Below are positions 53,193 through 64,000 of a DNA stretch of 64,000 nucleotides, in pieces (positions within the stretch are counted from its first letter, which is position 1; each line of letters begins with the position of its first letter). A program made the translations under genes and the position numbers. The notes beneath the pieces were generated by a model, which was not told the DNA's origin, did no database searches, and saw nothing but the letters and a program-made list of their open reading frames with translations. This stretch comes from Eledone cirrhosa (taxonomy: Eukaryota), in assembly GCA_964016885.1 (NCBI GenBank), contig OZ024740.1, positions 383,966,001 to 384,030,000 of the forward strand. The letters run 5' to 3'.

Positions 53193-55869
53193 TCATGTTG
53201 ACTAATTTTTAATTGTATTTGGGTTTTTGGATAATTTGTTTTAAATGTTGAGGAAATCATATATTTATTTAATTTAAATATTATTTGTTTCGGTGATTGT
53301 GTTTATTATAGATGTATCTCTATTGAGATTTGACTGTCATATTTGCTTTCTTTACTTGTGTATATATACATGTATATCATATCTAGCGTCTACTAATTGG
53401 CACAGATATTACCGTATATGTCTTTGTTTATCCCGTTTAAATTCTCTCATTACTGTCACTGTTCTCTTTACAAATTACTTCTGATGAATACTTTGTATTT
53501 TGTAAGTCTTATTCATTGGGGAATATCAGCTCAAGTGATATTTGTGTGAAGGGAGAAATATGCCATGGCTCATGTGTATCCTGAAAACTAAGACCCGTTT
53601 CGAATGATTAGAGTGAGGTAGACAGCACTGAGTCTTCCCAAGAGCACGTACATATATTAAAGCAAACATATGATTAAATATGCTAGCAGGTATATATCTC
53701 TTGGAAGATTTTCAAATGCCCAATGCAGGAATATGCTAGTACTTAACTCAACCCTCCTTGGTTGCTTGGAACCATGATTCACTGGTAATCCCATGCGACC
53801 TTTAAACTGCTGCGTAGATGATGATTAAATAAGGGATAGTGTAAAGCAATATTGGACATCAGTAATTTGTTAACCCTTTATCGATAAAAGCGAAGTTGAC
53901 TTCGGTGGAATATGAAATCAGAAGACAAAGTTCCTTAATGCACTTGAAGGTAGCTGTAAGTATTCTGCCAAATATATTGGACAGGTACATTTTATCGACC
54001 TTGGAGGAATGAAAGGCTATATTTCAGTTGGTAGGAATTGAAGTTAAATTGCATCCAGCCGGAGCGAATAGTGCAAAGCATTCTTTGCAACTGTCTAATA
54101 TTCTTTATATATCTATATATTCATACTTATACATATTCCATATTATTAAGATGTTCTACTCATTATATGTAAACTTAACGTTCTAAAACTATTACATTTC
54201 GCTATCAAGCAATGCTAAGCGTAGCTTCAAGAAATATGCTATCACTATTCTAATATACCATAGTAATGCTCTGTGAAACTGAGACGTTAGACTTGAATCT
54301 GATCGACGGAAATGTGTGGTGGTGTCTATGGCTTAGTCAGAGCGGGAAGGTTAGTATTTATGACTGTTCTGCTGGTTAAATTGAAAGCATATGTTGATAT
54401 CCCCAACGCGGAGCCTTGGTTCAAATGCTTTCAAAATGGAATCTGCTAAGGGTGCGGTGCTAAACCCATAAACAGACATTTACACAAATTTAGATTATAT
54501 TTAGCATCCAAGGCTCACATACCCAACCAAAGCCTTCAAAGTAACTATTATGTCACCTAGGATATTTTCGATGTTGTTTAATCTAGCTAATATAATAAAA
54601 CACGTAATGTCACAAATAGAATTCATTTGATTATATATTTGTTTAATCAGTGCTGATCTGATGTTAAACATCAACAGCAATCTCAGCAACCTCAACAACG
54701 AAAACAACTAAAAAATAACTATTTCATATTGCTCCAAAATGTTAAATATATTATTGATTGTCGACTCAACGATGGACCCGTACATGTTCGAAGACTCACG
54801 TAAATAATAGCAGCCAAATTTACAACCGAAACCCTATAAAAATGACACTTAAGGTACTATATTCTAACAATTTAAGTGTTCTTAAGTATCTAGAAATATG
54901 TTTTTGAAGAACACAACCGACATGACTAGGACAACATTTCACCCAGTGCTGCTCAACAGTGATGTGGGACTAAAGAATTACAAAAGCAACAGAACAGCTC
55001 TGAATAATTATTACCTTTTGAATATATCAACATTCAAGTGATTTAGATAAACACATCATTAACATCAAATTTAAAACTTGGGTCAGTCTCTCTTTGTTAA
55101 TTGTAAAACTGTCAATAGATGATGCAATTCAAAATATATTGACAGTCATTGCAACTCAATCTAACTGTTTCTTAATTAGTTGTATTTTCTTTCACATATC
55201 AGTCTTCCACTATTTCACAAAATAATACAAATTTTTTTCTTCTCTTCTTTTTTTTCTTTTTTTTTATTGGTTTGACTAAATTTTACTTTTTCTGAGATGC
55301 TTGTTTCTATTAGAACTTTTGTTTTGTTTTGTTTTGTTTTAAAACACAAGGTATACATATTTATTGTATCGTTTATTTTATTTTTCAGAAAGAATGTCGA
55401 AATATTCTTGAACATTTTTTAATATGTTTTTCATAAAATATTGAGTTTCGTTTATTTCAATTTGCTGTCCAAAACTAATGAGACACTCACTTATCAACTA
55501 AAACAAAAACAAGAAAAACTACGCTATCGCTGTTTCTGATGATGAACTCCATGATGTTGATGGTAATAATAATGATATCTTACATTGGCACGAAGCCACA
55601 AGTTTGTTTTTTTTCGATTGAAAAGAAACACATAGTAGATGACTGGAACTTAATTTATCGACATTAGAAAGATTTGAATTCTGGGCACAAAGACAACTAA
55701 CTGAATAACGGAAATCATTTTGTGTTTTTTTTTGTCTTTTAATAAAACTGTGACTAGTATACAAAACAGTAATAATAACGTCTATGTTGTCACACGTCAT
55801 GCTAGATATAGCAGCCAATTTGCTTCATACCACAGCTTTACGTTATAAAATGGGGAGGGCACATTGCAT

Positions 55870-56945
55870 GAATAAATGACGAATTATTCGCTTGCTAAGA
55901 TCGGTGGGAAGAATTGTTATCCTGTTCTTGCGGTGACACGCCCTGGGGTGGATGTATAGGCAAATCCTGAATCCGCAGGCTCTGGTACAGTTGGGGCAAA
56001 TGTGTACTTAGTCAGTTGGTGGTTGGGTGGAGGACAACTTTCTTCTTTAATGTTTGTCTTTAAGTGCCACCTTCCTGCTCTCCTCATAGCTGGCTGCAGC
56101 TGTTTTGATGGTCGTTCTCCATTTCTCTCTGTTTTTTGCCAGGTGTTCCCATTCCCTGTGATAAATAGTGCCTTGGACCAGCTGGTGCTTGAGTTGGTCC
56201 TCGGGGTGTTTTCGGGGTGCCTCTTTGTTTGTCTTGCCTTGAAATAGTTCACCGTAGATAACTGCTTTTGTCATCCTAGAGTCGTTCATGCTAGAGAAAT
56301 AGCCTGTATAGTGAAGCTGTCTCAGCGTCAGCATGCTCTCAGTGCTTGTTATATTGGCCCTCTTGAAAACCCCCTCGTTTGTTATATATTCCTGCCTACC
56401 GGATGCCCATGAAGGATAGAAGACATCGTTGATTGAATCTTTGAAGTAGCTTGATCTGCTTTCGGTACAGCACCCCTCATTCAGCTCCATAGGGAAGAGT
56501 AGTGATTACAACAGCTCTGTAGACTCTAATCTACGATGAACCATAGATAGTGATTCTATCACATGCGTTTTGCAAACGTCCGAATGAGCTGCTGCCTTTG
56601 GAAATGCAGTTGTGAATGTCCTTTGCTGAGGTAGCGTCGTTGGTTATGTAAAGTTCTCCACTGCACTGAAGGGGTGCCCAATGATGTTAATCTGCTCAGG
56701 GTAGTACTCTTCTTTTACTGGCTTCTGTGACATGAATTCAGTTTTCTTGTGGATGATTGTCAGGCGAAAGGTCTTGGCTGCTCGAGCAAAGATGCTGATG
56801 GCTTGCTGAAGATCTTCCTCCGTGTGCACCAGAAGGGCACAGTCGTCTGTAAACAGCAGGTCTAAGATCAACACGTCCAGTGTGTTGGTGCAAGCGAGCA
56901 GTCGTCGCAAGTTGAACAAACTCCCATCAGTACAGAACCGGATAG
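55870..56945 (-). mobile_element. 5'-truncated, decayed RTE-clade LINE
   Basis: DGSLFNLRRL, LLFTDDCALL, KKTEFM, RMTKAVIYGEL, WEHLAKNREKWR, C-terminal zinc-finger-like tail. Confidence 0.85.
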
Positions 56946-58396
56946 GCTTTTGAACCAGAGACTACGACACGTAGTAATATTAAGCAGTCACATAAATGTG
57001 TCGCTATTGCTTACGAAAGGTATTAAAGTTAAACAAATCTTGTACAGTAAAACATTTAATCAAAATAACGTTTTTCATATTTAATAGAGTTCCACAAACG
57101 TATAATAAACTTATTTATACTCTGCTAATGAAATTCATCATCCTTAAAACCGATAAACTCTTTTAATTCTTCTTGTGCAGCTGCTGTGTAGTAGAGCTGT
57201 TTATTTTTTGTATAGCTGCCGTGGTGTTCGAAAAAATGATAGTTTGTATGATAGATGTCAGACAAATATGCATGCAGATTAAGGCAAAATATTGATTTCT
57301 TAAATATTCAATTCAGTTTGTGTCACCATTATCGAGCGAGAATAATAATGAAGAGGATTGAGTTGAGCTGTTTTTATGTAACTTCTTGCGTATTGCATCT
57401 AACTACTTACAATATTTTAGGGCTGTAAATATTTCCCTTAGTATCAAGAAATTGTATAGGTTCATTCGATTGACTGTTGACCATACTACAACCATGCATA
57501 TTTCATGATGGAGCTCAAGCTTTGAGAAATGCTATGGCATCTCGTTCGTGTCAAATAATGGGACCAAGCTTCGCGTTTTGTCATATAGAATTGATGTTTG
57601 GTTCCAGGTTATGATGCGTTTGAAATATGGATCATGTCATCTTTTAACAAGCGATTTGATCAGAGATTATGTTAACGGACTCTATGTCCATTATTGTAGA
57701 ACCAAATTTTGTACTGAAGTGTCTGAATGTTTACTGACTAATATGTTGTGGCTTTTCGCCCTAGGGATTCCACAAGAATGGTTCCAAAACAAAGATAAGT
57801 CTCGCAATTACTATTTTCAGATGTGATCATATCACAGGTGCATCGGCAGCCGTATGGAAAAGCTAAACATTAGGGGCTCAGGATTTTTATCCCTCTTCAG
57901 TGATGTCTACTCTCTTGGTACTGAGGCAAAATAAGTCATAGCTTATATAGATCTCGCTGATGGTACATCGGGATTGATGGACTGATATTACTCATCAGAA
58001 GTCTAAAATAACATAGCAAAAATTATGTACGTTTATTAAACATAACCATATTTTATAGTATTTCATATGGGCTCTGTTATAAATCACGCTATGTTAGTGC
58101 TACTGCTAGTTAATCCTATAAAGATAATATTACACTATATGTAAATGGACATCTCCTTAGATGTACCTTGTTTAAAAATATATAGAAGCTATAGCTTTGT
58201 ATGTCACCGTACAAAGACAGTAAAAGTCACGAAATACGGTTAGTAAAAAAACTAGTGTTAGGTGTGTTTACACAACTTGCTGAGCTAGCGATGATACGTT
58301 CGTATTTCATGTTTGTTAAGCCTAATAGTATTGCATATGATTTCATATTCGCATCTATATATGCAGGGATGGTGTCTGTCAGTGGAGGCAAATAGA

Positions 58397-58483
<87 letters not shown>

Positions 58484-58572
58484 GTATTTATAAATATATT
58501 TTTTTATTAGTGTGTATGTATACCTGCGTGCGCATGAATGCACCTACACACACACTCACACACACACACACA

Positions 58573-58605
<33 letters not shown>

Positions 58606-58683
58606 GGAGCCCCCCCCCCCCCACACACACACACACGCGCGGAGCCCCCCCCCCACACACACATATATATATATATATACATA

Positions 58684-58717
58684 TTGTAAAATTCTATATC
58701 TTCCGCTCTCTGAATGT

Positions 58718-58763
<46 letters not shown>

Positions 58764-58797
58764 ACATTCAGAGAGCGGAAGATATAGAATTTTACAA
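58684..58797. repeat. Perfect 114-bp palindrome: 37-bp arms around (TA)20
   Basis: TTGTAAAATTCTATATCTTCCGCTCTCTGAATGTCAA-(TA)20-exact reverse complement. Confidence 0.95.
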
Positions 58798-59702
58798 ATA
58801 TAAGCGAAAGAAAATACACACAAACAAATATTTGTGAGATACTAAGATTAAGATGTACACACGCAAGTCTACAGAGAGATAGAATCAGAGAGTCAGACAT
58901 ACATACAGAAAGAGTTATATGTATATAGAGATATCGTAACAAAGAGACGAGGAAATTTTTAACAAAATTAAGCTATAAGAGCCAAATGCCAAGTTTTACT
59001 CACACATGATATATTTGAATCAGTTATCGACAAATTTGCTTGTATTTACCCTTCCCACTCCACAATTTTGCATTGCTTCACCGATTCTTCATTAAATAGA
59101 GGAAAAAATGCTGACGTTAGACTCTCTCTCTCTTTCTCCATTTTCTCCTAGTTTTGGACATTCAAACATGTTAACAACCTGCCAAAACTGATATATGTGT
59201 ATACAACGAAACACCAATGAAATATTCTATCGTTTTAGTGATATTTTATGATAAATTGTTTTTTCTTCTTTTTCCATTTTTTCATTTTCGAATTGTGACT
59301 GGTCGCAGTATAAAGTTACTGTGGCAATAACATAGTGACTATATGACATAATGTCAAATTTATAGTTTGAAATGTGTGTTTCGAGCCTTCTTCGTTTTAT
59401 TAGATATGAGTAACAAGTACTTTAGGCAGAAGTGATCATTTACTGTCAGCTAATGCTTGTTGCATGTAGGAACATGATCTAACCATCGTATAACTACACA
59501 CGTTGATGTTTCGGCTTCCTATATGATACATTTAAGACCTTATGATTTGAAAGGAACGCATGAATAGGTACACATACACACACAAACTGCACTGATATAA
59601 TATATATTGAGTTTGACTTAAATTTGCGTTTCTTGTGGTTTTATTATACATAAACAAATTCAAATTTGATAGAAATATAGCTGTACATATATATACATAT
59701 AG

Positions 59703-59773
<71 letters not shown>

Positions 59774-59827
59774 CGTGTGTGTGTATGTGTACACACACAC
59801 ACACACACACACAAACACATACACACA

Positions 59828-59865
<38 letters not shown>

Positions 59866-60397
59866 CGAAAGCAGAAAATTGCTTATTGTAATCCAGTTCG
59901 TAGTTAAGATAGCCAGTTTCTTGGACAGTTTCCAACGTACTGTTAGGTGTAACTCCGCAAGTTTGCAAGAATCTGGTCAGTAAATCCCGTTCAATCTCGG
60001 AGTATAAACAATAAAAGAGAAAACTCAGGTAAGCATTAAAAAAAGGATTTTATCCAGGTATTTACGACCGTTTGATTGGTAAGCGCAACCTTATATCGCT
60101 ATACTGCAAATAGCAGCCACTCCATAATAGCTGTTATTCACCTCCAAAATTTCAAAATAATGAATAAGTTACTTGTAAAACGTTCTTAATATATAACAAA
60201 GCCTTTTTGGGGAATCGTATTTACTAGTATAGGGAGAGAGGAAGGGGTGAAGAGTTAAGAAGTAGAGGGACAAACGGTGATGGAGGGAGGGGTAAAGATG
60301 GAAGGATTCCTCGAACAGTTTTGATTCGTAGACTTGATGTCGTCATTTTACATTGTAGGGAGGTAAAGAGAATTAAATTGTTTATAGTGGGAGAGAA

Positions 60398-60453
<56 letters not shown>

Positions 60454-60972
60454 GGAGCGAGAGAGATAGAGACAGGGGGGAGAGATAAAGAGATAAATAT
60501 ATATATATCAAAAGGGGGAAGAGAAAAAAGAAGAAAAGAAAAGAGAAAAAAAAAAGGGAGAGCAGAAAAGAAGAAAACGAAAAAAGAAAAAAAGGAATGA
60601 AGGAGGAGAGAGGGACATAAGTATTCGTTACTGTGGGTAATTAAAGGGGTTAGATTCAATAAGAGGGTAGAAGGTCTAAGTATATGCAGTTTGTCAGGTG
60701 GTAGTAGAAGGTTAAGTGTTCGATTTTCACAAGTCTATGGTTGCAATAAATTGATCTTTCGATTTTATTGTCGAATCTAACCCCTTTAATTACCCACAGA
60801 AACGAATACGTATGTCCCTCTCTCCCCCTTCATTCCTTTTTTTCTTTTTTCCTTTTCTTCTTTTCTTCTCTCCCTTTTTTTGTTCTCTTTTCTTTTCTTC
60901 TTTTTTCTCTTCCCCCTTTTGATATATATATATTTATCTCTTTATCTCTCACCCCTGTCTCTATCTCTCTCG

Positions 60973-61040
<68 letters not shown>

Positions 61041-61274
61041 TTCTCTCCCACTATAAACAATTTAATTCTCTTTACCTCCCTACAATGTAAAATGACGACA
61101 TCAAGTCTACGAATCAAAACTGATCGAGGAATCCTTCCATCTTACCCCTCCATCCATCTCCGTTTGTCCCTCTACTTCCTAACTCTTCTCCCCCTTACTC
61201 TCTCTCTCTATACTAGTAAATACGATTTCAAAAGAATGTTTTTTTTTATATATTAAGAACCTTTTACAAGTAAC

Positions 61275-61392
61275 TTATTCATTATTTTGAAAATTTGGAG
61301 GTGAATAACAGTTATTATGGAGTGTCTGCTATTTGCAGTATAGCGATATAAGGTTGCGCTTACCAATGAAACAGTCGTAAATACCTGGATAA
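61275..61392 (+). ncRNA. Candidate hammerhead with U3-A8 variant core
   Basis: UUAUUCA-u-UAUU-UUGAAAA-uUUGG...CCAAu-GAAA-CAGUCG-UA-AAUA-cc-UGGAUAA, located in a PLE pseudo-LTR. Confidence 0.5.
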
Positions 61393-61628
61393 AATCCTTT
61401 TTTTAATGCATACATGAGTTTTCTCTTTTATTGTTTATAATCCAAGATTGAACGGGATTTAATAACCAGATTCTAGCAAACTTGTGGAGTTACCCCTAAC
61501 CGTACGTTGGAAACCGTCCAAGAAACTGGCTATCTTAACCACGAACCGGATTACAATACGCAATTTTCTGCTTTCCTAACTACAGACTCCTAATCGGTCG
61601 AGCAACCACCTAAACATACGGCACTACT

Positions 61629-63991
61629 ATGGAAAAGCATCACATAGATATGTCCCTAATCAACATTCCTATACTTTCGAGAAAGGATTATACCATCGAG
61701 GTGATACAATGAACAAACGACTTTATACGTCGGGTTAGATGAAAAACTTTCCATTTCGACAAAGGATGTACCAGTCGGACCGTGAATGCGACAAGGAAAC
61801 ATACGGCTTTAAATTATTTAAGAACCCACCTACCAACCCTCAACTGGATGCCTTAGAACAGGACTTACTGAAGATGATTATGGATATCAAATTCAAAAAG
61901 CAGAGGAATAATAAACTCCAGAATGACATGAATACATTCATAAAAAAGCTGTGAACTACCAATGGAATTATTGACAAAGCGGACAATACCTCAAATGTGT
62001 ATACGATGGATATTAACACGTACAATAGCTTCATACGGAAGGAATTACATAGGAAATACAGAAAAAACTAACGAGACGGCACTGATAAACATCAACAACG
62101 AGGCACACAACATAGTCAAACACCTAGGAATAGAGGATAGAACGGGGCCACTTCGGCCATGTACCCCCACATTTAATCTCAAGCACCATAAGATAAATGT
62201 TGATTATAACGCCACAATTAGACTTATATGCCCGTCCAAATCAGACATTGTGAAAATTAGTAAATATATAATAGACAAAGTAATATCACAAATGAAAAAT
62301 AAACTAGTGATTAAACTATGGAGTAACACAACCGAAACAATTAAATGGTTTAACAGTATAGCTAACAAAAAACTATCTAAGTTTATACAATTTGACATTA
62401 ACGACTATTACTCCTCTATATCACCCAATACCTTGGATAAACCCTTAACATTCGCCAGAGCCAATTCTGACGTGACAGACGATGTGATAAAAATTATATT
62501 AGCTGCTAGGAAAACAATAATTAAATTTGAAAACGCCTATTGGGAACGTAAGGAAAGATTAGATACATTTGACATCACGATGGGGGCTAATGAGTCGGCT
62601 GAGGTCACGGTTTTAGTAGGTATTTACATAGCCCATAGTTTACATAAGGGATTTAGCGACCTTCACGGTGTAATCTACAGAGACGACGCCCTTCTTCTAG
62701 TTAAGAACCTAAATAACCAGAGCATAGAAAGACTGCGGAAGAATATTAGAAAGGCTCTCGGTAAACTAGGCCTTAGCATATTGTATGAATATAGCACTAA
62801 AATGGTTAACTTTCTAGACGCGACGCTTAACCTAAATACAGGACTTATAAGACCTTTTCACAAGAATAATGAAAACTTAGCATACATCAGCTGTAATTCG
62901 AACCACCCACTATCCATAGTTAAGTCCGTTCCACGCAGCATATCCCTTAGGATCTCCTGCCTCTCGTCTAACCGACAAATCTTCGAGGAATACGCGTAGT
63001 ACTACAATACCGCAGTAGTTAAGGCAGTCCACCTAGATAGACTAGAATATATACATGAAAGCCTCCGCAAAGCACACACGAATAGGCATAACATAAACTC
63101 CAGAAACACACGCACACACGCATTTACACATAGAACTACCAATTATACTGAAAATAGAAATACAACATCAAAATCAAACAAGTCACGCAGTAAAAAATAT
63201 ATTTGGTATAACCCCATATTTAACACCTCTATTGGTACCAACCTATTTTCTACCTTCTTTAGAATAATAAATGAGCACTTTCCAGATTCACATAGATAGG
63301 GCAAAATCCTTAACACTAAATCTATCAGACTATCTTATTCCACTGCACCAAACATAGAGGCACACATTAAGATGTTTAACGCTAAAAAGAAACGTAACAA
63401 CACCGGAACACAAATGTATAACAATAACAATACAATTACCACCGAACACAACAGACTATCTAATACACAACCACCCACTAGAAGGCAAACAAAACATAAC
63501 GCACTTGTTCAGGCATCGCAGCCCACAAATAATGCCAAAGGTGTCCATGAAAAGAATTGTAATTGCCACCTACCTGAAACCTCTCTATTGCATAATGAAT
63601 GTATGCAGTCTAACCTGGTTTACCAATGCACGGTCGAATCAGACAAACAGAAATGGTATTAAATCGGAGCGACTGGGAATACATTTAAAGCTCGTTGGTA
63701 TACACATCGTTACGCAACGAAACTTTCCCAGAATCCTTATGTAACTATCCTTGCGAACAACACCTGGCAACTGAGGGAAATTAACCATCAATACACCCTG
63801 AAGTGAAAGAAATTATCGAACGCGCCTGCATATCGGAGTGGTATGAGATGCTGTCGGTTATGTGACCTTGAACTGTTCCACAATTTGAGTTCGAATAATA
63901 AGTTACACAACAATAAATTCGAAAGATCAATTTATTGCAACCATAGACTTAAAGGAAAATGTTCGCACTACAAATGCAAATCGAATACTTA
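61629..63991 (+). pseudogene. Penelope-like RT + GIY-YIG ORF with stops and frameshifts
   Basis: SLINIPI, ETYGFK, RLICPSKSDI, FIQFDINDYYSSI, FDITMG, IYRDDAL, VNFLDATLNL, WYNP, CNC..C..SNLVY, IGATGNTFKARW, CRLC..E, CNH. Confidence 0.9.
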
Positions 63992-64000
63992 ACCTCCTAC

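Larger units (their letters stand above)
59860..64000 (+). mobile_element. Penelope-like element: inverted pseudo-LTR (59860-60769), direct pseudo-LTR (60770-~61582), decayed near full-length ORF to the window end
   Basis: 59860-60660 is inverted at 60770-61582. The minus strand of 60706-60769 matches the ORF end at 63911-64000. Confidence 0.9.

Noticed and set aside
55519-55818. 99-aa minus-strand ORF as a host exon
   Set aside because: No recognisable domain or supportable splice structure.
57548-57826. 92-aa ORF as a host exon
   Set aside because: No recognisable motif; would need BLAST or RNA-seq. Small host exons in 51.5-59.5 kb cannot be excluded.

Overview
Eukaryotic, AT-rich, microsatellite-dense animal DNA, most likely an octopod cephalopod (inferred from the Nin/Deu-core SINEs and the repeat landscape). 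No host protein-coding gene, rRNA, tRNA gene or CRISPR array can be supported; the identifiable features are transposon-derived, though several AT-rich stretches (about 17.5-19 kb and 54-59 kb) remain unassigned. Two microsatellite niches stand out. (1) (TAA)n tracts carry nested non-LTR retrotransposons: two R4/Dong-type RT+RLE families, an internally deleted derivative duplicated by an apparent unequal crossover, and a Tx1/L1-type element in the opposite orientation. (2) (TA)n tracts carry at least four Penelope-like elements (PLEs, RT/GIY-YIG), several with inverted pseudo-LTRs. The pseudo-LTRs contain hand-foldable type I hammerhead ribozymes, including one with a very long stem II and one with a compensatory U3-A8 core. 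A ~170-nt hammerhead repeat looks like a non-LTR retrozyme. Also present are a decayed mariner, a Helitron PIF1 helicase remnant, RTE remnants, an LTR-like remnant, SINEs and several fold-back palindromes. All RNA structures were folded by eye and need computational and biochemical confirmation.
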